64,000 nucleotides of DNA from an uncultured delta proteobacterium (lineage in GTDB: Bacteria; Desulfobacterota; Binatia; UBA9968). The position numbers were made by a program, and so were the translations under genes. The DNA lies in assembly GCA_963755715.1 (NCBI GenBank), contig CAVWLW010000074.1, positions 108,164-172,163 of the forward strand, given 5' to 3'. This document shows, one piece after another, positions 11,645 to 20,666 of this stretch (within the stretch, counting starts at the first letter, position 1; the number at the start of each line of letters is the position of its first letter). The notes beneath the pieces are model-generated. The model was not told the DNA's origin and made no database searches. It worked only from the letters and a program-made list of their open reading frames with translations.

Positions 11645-11917
11645 TTAGCTGGACGCGCCAAGGCGAAATTCAGCACGGGAGAGTCGAGACAACCAGCGTG
11701 ATGCGGTATTACTCTTGATAATCCCTTTGCTAACGGCTTTGCCCAGGGCTTTGTTGACGGCGCGAATTTGCGTCTGAGCCTCGTCGCGATTTTTCGCTTC
11801 GACCGACTGCCGCGCTTTTTTGATCAGGGTTCTTAGTTTCGACTTAATATCGATGTTGCGCGCCCGCTTATTGAGGCTCTGATGATGTCTCTTGATCGCT
11901 GACTTGTGAATGGCCAA
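11645..11917 (-). CDS. rpsT: 30S ribosomal protein S20
   Basis: MAIHKSAIKR start; KGIIKSNTASR near C-terminus. Confidence 0.95.
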   Translation of the reverse strand: MAIHKSAIKRHHQSLNKRARNIDIKSKLRTLIKKARQSVEAKNRDEAQTQIRAVNKALGKAVSKGIIKSNTASRWLSRLSRAEFRLGASS

Positions 11918-12297
11918 TGCGTACCTCCGTAAAAATAACTAGTGAATCTCTACCATCGTCCTGGTACGGAGTCAACGCGACTTTTGGCTCGTTTTTTCAG
12001 TTCCGCTCCACTCAAGAAAGGATTTTATTCAAACGCACCCATTGCTTCGCTGATGCCTTCGGCGACCGGAAGAAGAAAGGGTGAGCGACAACGCCCAGGG
12101 GGACCGTTGAGCAGGATGACCCGCGGCGCGGCCCCAAACGGCGTCGAAAAATTTCGGATTCAACAGTGAACGCCGGTTTACTGCAATTTTACCGATAATT
12201 TGCAAGTTAACGAAATTTCAACATTTGTTTGGCTTGGAAATTAGGCAATTCGCTAGGATCCGCGAGTTTTAGCCTTGCGCGCCGTGGCCCTCATCGG

Positions 12298-12317
12298 TTA
12301 TCAACAAGTTATGCACA
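12298..12317 (+). promoter_or_regulatory. two tandem DnaA-box-like 9-mers
   Basis: TTATCAACA and TTATGCACA at 11-bp spacing in an approximately 800 bp intergenic region. Confidence 0.4.
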
Positions 12318-12719
12318 TTTGATGTGGTCTAACCTAGAAGCTCTTCATCGGCGCCATCAGCGCGTCAAAAACATTTGTGAATTCTTCGCCGTGTGTGCGG
12401 CCCTCAAAAGAAATATTTTGCCGATTTTTAGGCCGCGAACTTTGAAAAATGAGGAGCACTTTGATCAGAAAAAATGAAAAAGAAATCGCCCGCCTGCCGC
12501 AAACTGGAAAATTATCTGATAGTCGGTGCGATTGAGAAAAAACGAAATCGCTAGCGCGTAGCCATACCCACTCGGTGCACAGCCGGCCGATAAAAATCGC
12601 GCGTTACGAATCCCGGCAAATCATTAAACATGCTTGAATCTTCAATCGACATATGCGATAAAAAATCCTTAACGGACGATGCTTTGTATACGTGTGACGG
12701 GAAAGGAGGTGAACTAAGG

Positions 12720-12956
12720 ATGGGAAAGAAACTCGTGTCATTGTCGGCAATCACCCTCTTCGCTTTTACTCTAACGTTTGTGGGCTGCGGTAAGAAGGAG
12801 GAACCAGCTCCGCCTCCACCTCCGCCAGCTCCAGCAGCGCCACCAGAACCAGCGGCGCCGCCAGCGGGTGATCAGAAAGCGGCTGAACCGATGAAGGATG
12901 CAGCACCGGCTCCTGATAAGGCGCCAGAGAAAAAAGACGAGGCGAAAACCAAGTAA
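12720..12956 (+). CDS. small Pro/Ala-rich lipoprotein
   Basis: strong RBS GAAAGGAGGTGA, signal peptide ending FVGC, followed by terminator. Confidence 0.8.
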   Translation: MGKKLVSLSAITLFAFTLTFVGCGKKEEPAPPPPPPAPAAPPEPAAPPAGDQKAAEPMKDAAPAPDKAPEKKDEAKTK

Positions 12957-12990
12957 GGTTCGCAAACCTTATTGCGGTTTGAAGCAACCG

Positions 12991-13025
12991 AAAAGGGGAA
13001 GGGTTTTTGACCTTCCCCTTTTTTT
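12991..13025 (+). terminator. intrinsic terminator
   Basis: AAAAGGGGAAGG-loop-CCTTCCCCTTTTTTT. Confidence 0.85.
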
Positions 13026-13051
13026 GCAATTTCGGGTTACGGTAGTGGACT

Positions 13052-13780
13052 GTGGCGAGCGCTGCTCAAATGACTCTGACGGAGCATCTGGAGGACCTCC
13101 GTTGGTGTTTACTCAAATCGGTCTTAGCCATCATTCTTGCCTCGACGATCGGCTATTTATTTTCCGATTCGGTATTTAGTTTTATTGTCGCGCCGCTGCG
13201 GCAAAGCCTGCAGCCCGGTCAAAATCTGATCGGCACCAGCGTTACCGAAGCGTTTTTCGTCGAAATCAAAGTCGCGCTCGCCGCCGGCGTTCTCTTCGCG
13301 TGCCCGGTCATCTTTTATCAGATTTGGCGTTTTATCGCCCCCGGGTTATCGAAGAGAGAAAAGAAATGGGTCGTCCCTTTTGTCCTGTGCGCCACGCTGT
13401 TTTTTGTCGGCGGATCGTTGTTCTGCTATCGCTTCGTTTTGCCGGTAGCGTTTAAGTATTTTATCGAACAGTACGAAACTATGGGCGTGAGCCCGGCGAT
13501 ACGGATCGGGGATTATTTCACGTTTTTCTTTCGCATGGTGTTGGCGTTTGGCGTGACTTTCGAATTGCCGGTCTTTACTTTTTTTTTAGTGCGGGTCGGC
13601 GTGTGGGACTACCGTTTCATGCTGCGGTCGTTCCGCTACGCCTTGGTGGCGATTTTTATCATCGCCGCAATCTTGACGCCGACTCCGGATGTGATTAATC
13701 AATGTCTTTTGGCCGGGCCGATGCTGCTTCTGTATATTCTGAGCATCGGGGTGGCCTATGTGTGGCGCAAGAAAGAATGA
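13052..13780 (+). CDS. tatC: twin-arginine translocase subunit TatC
   Basis: MTLTEHLEDLR, WRFIAPGL, FELP, AILTPTPD. Confidence 0.95.
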   Translation: MASAAQMTLTEHLEDLRWCLLKSVLAIILASTIGYLFSDSVFSFIVAPLRQSLQPGQNLIGTSVTEAFFVEIKVALAAGVLFACPVIFYQIWRFIAPGLSKREKKWVVPFVLCATLFFVGGSLFCYRFVLPVAFKYFIEQYETMGVSPAIRIGDYFTFFFRMVLAFGVTFELPVFTFFLVRVGVWDYRFMLRSFRYALVAIFIIAAILTPTPDVINQCLLAGPMLLLYILSIGVAYVWRKKE

Positions 13781-13813
13781 ATTTACGACCTGAATCAGGG
13801 ATGAGGAGGAGTA

Positions 13814-15943
13814 ATGATCTCGTTTGTTATCGCGATTAGCTGCTTGTCGTTGGCCTTTGCAGTCTATTTGGCCCGCTGGGTGCTTCAGCGGGACATGGGA
13901 ACGCAAAAGATGCAGGAGATTTCCAACGCGATCAAAGAGGGCGCCGAAGCGTTCATGTCGCGGCAGAACCGAACGATCATCAGTTTGTCGGTAGCGTTGG
14001 CCGTGCTGATCTTTCTCCTCTATGCCTTTGTGCGCACGCCGAGCCCAGCCGATCCGGTGCCGCCGGTGGCGATGGCTTTCTGGACCACACTATCGTTTGT
14101 CCTGGGCGCTGCCTGTTCCGTGATTGCCGGCTATGTCGGTATGTGGGTATCCATTCGCTCTAATATCAGGACTGCATCCGCGGTTCGTTCCAGTCTCAAT
14201 GAGGGCCTTCGGATCGCGATGCGCGGCGGTGCGGTGTCCGGTTTGTTCGTCGTCGCCATGAGTCTATTGGGAGTCGGCGGCCTCTACGCTTTGCTTGAGT
14301 CCCTGGGCCACGATCCGCAAAAGATCCCTTTCACCATCGTCGGTTATGGGTTCGGTGCTTCGTTTGTCGCGCTGTTCGCCCAGCTCGGTGGCGGTATTTA
14401 CACAAAAGCCGCTGACGTGGGCGCCGATCTCGTCGGCAAAGTTGAGGCCGGCATCCCGGAGGACGATCCGCGTAATCCCGCGGTGATCGCCGACCTGGTC
14501 GGCGACAACGTCGGTGACTGCGCCGGCCGCGGCGCCGATCTGTTTGAATCCACCGCCGCGGAAAACATCGGCGCGATGATTCTCGGCGTCGGACTCTATC
14601 CTTACTTCGGAATCAAAGGGATCGTTTTTCCCTTGGTCGCCAGGGCCCTGGGGCTGATCGCATCGATCGTCGGTATTATGATCGTCAAGACTGAGGAAAA
14701 GGGCGATGCCATGGCGGCTCTCAATCGCGGCTATTATGTGACGAGCATTCTCGCGGTTGCCGGGTTTTTCATGACTGCCAAATTGCTGCTCGCGGTCGAT
14801 GTGACCAAGCATCCTGAAGCTGAGTCCGCGTGGATCTATTTCTTCCTCTGTGGCGTCGTCGGCATCCTGATGGCCCAGGCGTTCGTTTACATCACTCAGT
14901 ATTACACTGAGTATAAATACCGGCCGGTCAGAGAAATCGCCGAAGCGTCTAAGACCGGCCCGGCCACTAACATTATTGCCGGCATCGCCGTCGGTCTCGA
15001 ATGCACGGCGATTCCGGTCTTGGTGATTTCGGTGGCCATCATCACCTCGTACTATCTTGGCCTGGCGAGCGGTGTGAAGAATGCCGGCCTGTTCGGCACG
15101 GCTGTGGCCACCATGGGTATGTTGGGCACCGCGGCTTACATCTTAGCTATGGATACTTTCGGTCCGATCACCGACAACGCCGGCGGTATCGTCGAGATGA
15201 GCGGCCAGCCGGAAGAGGTTCGTCAAAAAACCGATCGTCTCGATGCCGTCGGCAACACCACCAAAGCTCTGACCAAAGGCTACGCCATTGGTTCAGCGGC
15301 GCTGGCGGCGTTCTTATTGTTTTCGGCGTACCTCGACGAAGTCGCTCACTACGGCCATCCGTTGGAAGTTGTCAACATCGCTAAGCCGGAGGTGTTTGTC
15401 GGCGGGTTGCTTGGCGCGATGCTGGTTTTTCTATTCTCGTCTTTCGCGATTCGCGCCGTCGGTAAAGCCGCTTACTATGTTATCAACGAAGTGCGCCGGC
15501 AGTTCAGAGAAAATCCCGGCATTCTCCAAGGTACAGTGAAACCGGATTACCGCCGCTGCGTCGATATCGTCACTGTCGGCGCGCTCAAGCAGATGATCGT
15601 TCCCGGCCTTCTCGCAGTCACCATGCCGGTCGCCGTCGGTCTCGTTTTCCGTATGTTCGGCATCGGTGCGGAAGCGGTGGCGGCATTCTTGATGGTCGGC
15701 ACGATCGCTGGCATCTTGATGGCAACGTTCTTCAATAACAGCGGTGGCGCTTGGGACAACGCCAAGAAGTTCATCGAGAGCGGGCAGTACGAAGGCGGCG
15801 GCAAAGGTTCCGATCCGCACAAGGCCGCAGTCGTGGGCGATACCTTGGGCGATCCGTTCAAAGACACCGCCGGCCCGAGCTTGCATGTCTTGATCAAGCT
15901 GTTGGCGACGATCACGCTGGTCTTGGCGCCGTTGTTCGTTTGA
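13814..15943 (+). CDS. hppA: membrane-bound proton-pumping pyrophosphatase, K+-independent signature
   Basis: DVGADLVGKVE, DNVGD, GGAWDNAKK; GNTTKA carries the Lys that marks K+-independent enzymes. Confidence 0.95.
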   Translation: MISFVIAISCLSLAFAVYLARWVLQRDMGTQKMQEISNAIKEGAEAFMSRQNRTIISLSVALAVLIFLLYAFVRTPSPADPVPPVAMAFWTTLSFVLGAACSVIAGYVGMWVSIRSNIRTASAVRSSLNEGLRIAMRGGAVSGLFVVAMSLLGVGGLYALLESLGHDPQKIPFTIVGYGFGASFVALFAQLGGGIYTKAADVGADLVGKVEAGIPEDDPRNPAVIADLVGDNVGDCAGRGADLFESTAAENIGAMILGVGLYPYFGIKGIVFPLVARALGLIASIVGIMIVKTEEKGDAMAALNRGYYVTSILAVAGFFMTAKLLLAVDVTKHPEAESAWIYFFLCGVVGILMAQAFVYITQYYTEYKYRPVREIAEASKTGPATNIIAGIAVGLECTAIPVLVISVAIITSYYLGLASGVKNAGLFGTAVATMGMLGTAAYILAMDTFGPITDNAGGIVEMSGQPEEVRQKTDRLDAVGNTTKALTKGYAIGSAALAAFLLFSAYLDEVAHYGHPLEVVNIAKPEVFVGGLLGAMLVFLFSSFAIRAVGKAAYYVINEVRRQFRENPGILQGTVKPDYRRCVDIVTVGALKQMIVPGLLAVTMPVAVGLVFRMFGIGAEAVAAFLMVGTIAGILMATFFNNSGGAWDNAKKFIESGQYEGGGKGSDPHKAAVVGDTLGDPFKDTAGPSLHVLIKLLATITLVLAPLFV

Positions 15944-15962
15944 TTGCGATTCGCCGACTGCG

Positions 15963-15996
15963 AGGGCCTCTCCACCCGGAGGGGCCTTCACATTTT
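15963..15996 (+). terminator. probable terminator after hppA
   Basis: AGGGCCTCTCC...GGAGGGGCCTT hairpin followed by ATTTT. Confidence 0.55.
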
Positions 15997-16043
15997 CCGG
16001 CATAAAAGTTTGTGCTAAAAATTAGTCTGCTACTCCGTTCCTC

Positions 16044-16091
16044 GCCCGGATGGTGGAATAGGTAGACGCAAGGAACGTAAAAATCCGGGCA
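16044..16091 (+). pseudogene. internally deleted copy of tRNA-Leu (att-site remnant)
   Basis: first 24 nt identical to the tRNA at 18934; then a degenerate anticodon arm joined directly to TCCGGGCA, the acceptor 3' strand. Confidence 0.8.
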
Positions 16092-16117
16092 GTGCGAAAA
16101 ATCGAATACTGCATGGG

Positions 16118-16152
16118 AAACGGGGAGTTAAGCCAACTCCCCGTTTTTATTT
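16118..16152 (+). terminator. intrinsic terminator
   Basis: AAACGGGGAGTT-AAGCC-AACTCCCCGTTT followed by TTATTT. Confidence 0.85.
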
Positions 16153-16322
16153 AATCTTTCCATACTATCTCGGATTGTGCTAAACGTTCAGATTGTCCAC
16201 ATCGGGCGCATTCTTCACCGAATTTGTTTACAGGGTGTTTACATAGATGGCGGCAACCGAGTTTGCTCCATCTATTCAGGTTTTTATTTACCCGGCGAAA
16301 CTAACCTTCGCGCGATGGCAAA

Positions 16323-16496
16323 ATGCCTGACAACAAACCCAACGAAATAAGCCTTGCGTTACTGAACGAGCGCATGGATCAGTTGACGCGCAAGATCGGG
16401 ATATTGGATCACGACGATCCGCGCCGCGCGAAGATCTTCAAAGAGATGCTACGGCTCAATGATTTGGCGAGGGAGATGAAAAAAGATGGCAAATAA
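16323..16496 (+). CDS. 57-aa hypothetical helical protein (below ORF-track cutoff)
   Basis: hand translation MPDNKPNEISLALLNERMDQLTRKIGILDHDDPRRAKIFKEMLRLNDLAREMKKDGK. Confidence 0.5.
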   Translation: MPDNKPNEISLALLNERMDQLTRKIGILDHDDPRRAKIFKEMLRLNDLAREMKKDGK

Positions 16497-16587
16497 CGAA
16501 ATCGAAGCGGCGACCCCTTCCCCTGCCTGAAACACCGCCGTTTTATCAGCGCTCAGAGGAGCTGAAGCAGCTCATGTGTCGGCCTCT

Positions 16588-16821
16588 TCATGTGAAGACG
16601 CACTCACTTTCAAATCGATGAAATTCCTTCTCTGGCACACCAAACTTTCGTAGGACCAATCGCAATTTCTTGCTCCAACGTTCGGCAGTTTCGTGTTGGG
16701 CTTTGTGGCTCACGATCAAACAAATATAAGCGCAGACAGTCTTGGAGTGGCCATTGACAAGCCGTTTAGGAAAGTGCTCGGCCCAGCTCCGCTCTATATC
16801 CGTTTCCTCGATCGGGTTCAT
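16588..16821 (-). CDS. hypothetical protein
   Basis: 77-aa ORF co-oriented with the upstream CxxC protein. Confidence 0.35.
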   Translation of the reverse strand: MNPIEETDIERSWAEHFPKRLVNGHSKTVCAYICLIVSHKAQHETAERWSKKLRLVLRKFGVPEKEFHRFESECVFT

Positions 16822-16861
16822 TGCTAGTCTAATTATTCCAGAGCGTGACTATAGGCAAAGC

Positions 16862-17083
16862 TTAGAAACAAGAGCCGTAACGTTCTACGTATTTAGGATC
16901 AGCGAACATACACGAATCACACACGTACTGTTCGTTCTCGCGCCGGTACTCTTCCCACTTTGTCATGTCATAAAAGCCAGCGGTAAACTGTTCACCTCGA
17001 ATCCCCTCAACGATTTGTTTGCAGCGGTCACAGAGAACTTTAATTGTTTTGATTCGAGAGTGCGAAGAGGCTTTAACTGACAT
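16862..17083 (-). CDS. small putative zinc-binding protein
   Basis: CDRC and CDSC pairs; GGAAGGAG RBS. Confidence 0.65.
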   Translation of the reverse strand: MSVKASSHSRIKTIKVLCDRCKQIVEGIRGEQFTAGFYDMTKWEEYRRENEQYVCDSCMFADPKYVERYGSCF

Positions 17084-17459
17084 GCACTGTCTCCTTCCTT
17101 CCCGCTACCGTAAAGCAGGCCGGGGTCTCGCTACCTGGACGTGGAGAAACACGGCTTGGCCTGCGACCGCCCGCCTTCAATGTGCGATTATCCGTGCCCC
17201 GGCCCGGTTCTTTTTATGGTTGCCTTGTATTGCAGAACCCGGAGCGACAACCAAGCGAGTTCTGCCGGATCATCGGTCCATGAAATCCGCTCGCTTTTGT
17301 TATTGACTACGACCCAGGCGCACAGTTTGTTGACATACGCCAATACTGGCCGGTCGTTTAACCAGCGGTCCATTCCGCGTTCTCCTTGGATGTTAAGCCC
17401 GTTGTAAAGTGGAACGCGAAAAAAGAAAGAAAGCCGATTGCCGGTTGAACGCTAATCGA

Positions 17460-18140
17460 TTAATTGTCTAGCCGCTGACGTTTTCTTAGAAACGGAAGAC
17501 CGCCGAAGCCCACCGCGAATAAAAGAAGCGAAGCAGGCTCCGGAACTGCCGCAGTTGGCGATCCTGAAGGTGTAAAGCTCAGGTTCGCGATCTGGCCGGT
17601 TACAGTTCTCGTATCACCAAACTGAGATGCTGCAGTATAGGACGCTGGATCATTAACCGAGATATCGAATGCGCCGGTACCGAGCGCATTGGAATAAGAC
17701 AGATGCTGAGCGGCGTTGGCGAAGTCGATCGTTAGCAGACTACCGCTGCCAATGTTATTTGAATTGCCACTGCGCAAAATCGTCCCGAAGATATCAGCTG
17801 TAAAAAGCGCCGGGCTTCCGGACACGACCGGATCGGTAAATGTAATTCTCAAAGTGAAGTCAGTAATGCCGTCTTGACTCCCGAACGGCTCTTCGCAGCC
17901 TCTGCTTCCGCATACATTGAGGGTAAAAGTTCCGAGATTTGTCAGGCTCGTCGGACCAGGACCGATCGGCACGTCGATATTTACAAAGCTGGCGCCTGTG
18001 TAGGTTAGGAAGGTGTCGATAGTTGTCGGCGAACTCGTATTAGTGTTTCCCGTGAACAAAATCGCTTGCGCTGTTCCGATAATGCCCAGCGCTCCAGCAA
18101 GTAGAGTCGCTAAAAAAACAAAACTCAGCATGTTTCTCTT
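17460..18140 (-). CDS. PEP-CTERM sorting domain protein
   Basis: signal peptide; Thr/Gly/Ser-rich body; VPEPASLLLFAVGFGGLPFLRKRQR tail. Confidence 0.9.
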   Translation of the reverse strand, partial: KRNMLSFVFLATLLAGALGIIGTAQAILFTGNTNTSSPTTIDTFLTYTGASFVNIDVPIGPGPTSLTNLGTFTLNVCGSRGCEEPFGSQDGITDFTLRITFTDPVVSGSPALFTADIFGTILRSGNSNNIGSGSLLTIDFANAAQHLSYSNALGTGAFDISVNDPASYTAASQFGDTRTVTGQIANLSFTPSGSPTAAVPEPASLLLFAVGFGGLPFLRKRQRLDN

Positions 18141-18188
18141 CATTTCTTTGCCCCGCTCGGAGAACTTCAAGATGATTTACCTCGGTAG

Positions 18189-18348
18189 AGCAATTGTTAG
18201 ACCGTTTTCAGATCTGATTGACTTTGTTGCATTTGATCATGCGAAATGGGCTTTAGTTGTAAACAAGATTTACGGGATTCGAAGCGGGGTTAGTGCCCTC
18301 CGAATATTTCGATCTTTTTCAGTGTCAATATTGTCGGAATCTGTGACA
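18189..18348 (-). promoter_or_regulatory. sigma-54 promoter and enhancer-binding-protein sites for the PEP-CTERM gene
   Basis: minus-strand CGGTCTAACAATTGCT (GG-N10-GC) at 18189-18204; TGTAAACAAGATTTACG at 18258-18274; TGT-N11-ACA at 18332-18348. Confidence 0.65.
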
Positions 18349-18521
18349 CCGCGGCGGCAGATTGACGTCGGTAGGATTATGCGTCTTTGGAAAGACGAGC
18401 GGCTGGCCCAATGCCCATTCGGTAGATCCCTTCTTTGTTTTTTTGCCATTGGACATGCCATCCGGTTGGTAGTGTCGCTGCATTGCGGCACGAAGCAATT
18501 TCAATGCGAAAGGCTTGTGCA

Positions 18522-18620
18522 TTATTGCTCGATCGACAAGCGATCCGTAGGAAAGGCGGTAGTTACGATCACGGGTATGTTGCGCGTCGACGGATCCGCT
18601 TTGAGCCGCCCTCGTGCTAC
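18522..18620 (-). pseudogene. response-regulator receiver domain fragment
   Basis: RLKADPSTRNIPVIVTTAF resembles a DivK/CheY-like alpha3-beta4 segment; no N-terminus. Confidence 0.5.
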
Positions 18621-18923
18621 TAGCTTTCTGTCTCGTGTTCGCAACGGCCGGCCTGTGAAGAGCATCCGAACCGCGTTCGAACGGGCAATTGAAAAAGCGG
18701 CGATCGAAGATCTACGATTGCACGATTTCCGACATACGTGCATTAGGCGCTGGGCTACGGAGGGAATTCCGCAGCGATCATAGCCGCGGCCGGACACCAT
18801 TCGATCGAGCAGAACAACGACTACGTGAACATGAAAGACGATCATCTTCGAGCAGCCTTCAAATTGTTTACACCACGTTTACACGGTAAACCGGTTGAAA
18901 ATCAGTGCGTCGCAAGTTATTGA
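18620..18923 (+). pseudogene. tyrosine recombinase/integrase C-terminal remnant
   Basis: IRTAFERAIEKAAIEDLRLHDFRHT (HxxR box); after a frameshift AAAGHHSIEQNNDY (GH and catalytic Y). Confidence 0.85.
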
Positions 18924-18933
18924 TTTTACTTAC

Positions 18934-19019
18934 GCCCGGATGGTGGAATAGGTAGACACAAGGGACTTAAAATCCCTCGGACCGAAAGGTCTGTGCCGGT
19001 TCGAGTCCGGCTCCGGGCA
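18934..19019 (+). tRNA. tRNA-Leu (anticodon TAA)
   Basis: GCCCGGA/TCCGGGC acceptor stem; AGGGA-CTTAAAA-TCCCT anticodon arm; long variable arm; GGTTCGAGTCC T-arm; CCA not encoded. Confidence 0.96.
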
Positions 19020-19163
19020 TCACATCCAATTACAATTAAATGGGTAAAATCATGTTGCGCATGGTTTTTAACAAAGCAAATTGACGAGCGGTTTGCGACG
19101 CAATTATCCGCGATTGTGTTATGGGAGTTGACGAAGTAGCCGCTGTCACGAAAGGCATAACCC

Positions 19164-19698
19164 ATGTCTGTGATCACTGAGATCGCGCGCGTGTTGCGTG
19201 ATCAGTTCGTCGCTCTCATCTTGGATAACGAGGTGACGGTGGGAGAATTCGTCGTGCAACCGCCGCTTCCTTGGCTTCGGCTCGTCCAGGAGAACGGTGT
19301 CTTTAGAGTAGCGCAGGGCTATCCCACGGTCTTGAGCGCCGCGCAAGCCAAGTTCGAGATGAAGAACTGGGATCAGGTTTCTGGGCCGAGCATTCAACGC
19401 GCTTTAGACGGAAATCAATGGCGGCGTAGACTATGTGCTATTCGGCAACAATGCCGGACAAGGCCTGCCGCTGGCGCAGAGTCTGGCGCCAGACTTGATC
19501 ACCGAACACGCCGCGATTATCTATGCCAACAGTCTGCCGGAGAAAAAAATCTATGAGCAATTGGGTTACCGGACTTTTTTTCGCCGCCGCGAGGCGGTGT
19601 CCCGCCTTTTGGAAGTGTCCGCCAGCGCAACCCGCCCGCTAGCGCTCTGTTTCATCAATACCATCCAACATAACGAGCTTAACTACCACGATCCGTAG
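19164..19698 (+). CDS. hypothetical protein, frameshift near 19410
   Basis: two overlapping protein-like ORFs that join by a single-base shift. Confidence 0.6.
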
Positions 19699-19922
19699 TC
19701 GACCTGCATCAACGCAGACGGCGAAACGGCGCGCGCTGGAAACATCCGACTAAGATGCCGCTCGTTGCTCGTGGCAAGACGCGTCGGGATTACGAGTCGC
19801 CACCTTGCAATAAGAAGGCGCAGGACTGTTGAGCTGCGCACGAAGCGATAGCTGTTCGTTAGCCGTGACGGGGATTTAGTACGACCCTGAAGCTACTGCA
19901 ATTGCGTCGAATCAATCGGCAT

Positions 19923-20198
19923 CTATGCCGCGCGATTGGTTGTTTGCGCCACGTTCCCGATCGATTCGCGCAACTTGCGAGTCGGAAGATCGAGTACGCT
20001 CTGACGTGCGGCATCGGGCTCCAGCGATAAATGATGACAGATCCAGATGAAACTTCCGATGGCGTCATCTCGCGAAGAAAACCATAGGCGCGCGGAGCGT
20101 GCGATGGGGTCGCGCCCGCTAAGATCTGTTTGGGCCTGGAGAAGCACGTTGGCCCATAACTTTCGCTCTGCGTCGGTTAACTGATCGGGTTCAATCAT
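19923..20198 (-). CDS. small hypothetical protein with sigma-54-type promoter
   Basis: ERKLWANVL...ARLWF...SFIWICHHL; minus-strand GGGCATCACGCTTGCT at 20263-20278. Confidence 0.65.
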   Translation of the reverse strand: MIEPDQLTDAERKLWANVLLQAQTDLSGRDPIARSARLWFSSRDDAIGSFIWICHHLSLEPDAARQSVLDLPTRKLRESIGNVAQTTNRAA

Positions 20199-20666
20199 TT
20201 CTTTCTACTCCATGTGTGTCTTGAACTGATTTAGTCACTGTCGTTTCGCCAGCGTGATGCTAAGCAAGCGTGATGCCCGGCGAAATTTATCGCTGTCGGT
20301 CAGATTTATCGCTAGTATTGACGCGAGGTTGCGCCGCTTCAGCGGAGACCTCACAAGTTTGTCGGTTTCCTTTCAATTCCTTTCAAAGCGGAAATTTTCG
20401 GGCATAAATCGACAATTTTGTGCAAAGCCAGACTAAACCGCCGACTGTCATGGCTTAGAAAAACATCCATTTAGTGGCAAAGAACTGCCAAAAAGTCTGC
20501 GTGTGGGATTAGGGAAGGAGAGAGGTTCGGCTCGTTTATGCGTTCAGACGCCGCTAGTATTTTGTCGAAGTTTGAATGGGAATCAGAGCTGGTTGATTAA
20601 CGCGCCTTCCTGAAATCCATGCGGCGTTAATCGCGAAAACAACGTTGAACGCGACGGCAATTACAA

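Larger units (their letters stand above)
16044..18933. mobile_element. decayed integrative islet at tRNA-Leu
   Basis: flanked by tRNA-Leu copies; tyrosine-integrase C-terminal remnant abuts the right copy; paired TGTTTACA repeats inside both ends; AT-richer cargo. Confidence 0.75.

Noticed and set aside
11918-12719. oriC call
   Set aside because: Only two DnaA-like boxes, no dnaA/dnaN/gidA nearby and no clear unwinding element.
18013-18783. 256-aa ORF as an intact integrase
   Set aside because: Only the last 50 or so residues are integrase-like; the rest overlaps the PEP-CTERM gene start and its promoter on the opposite strand.
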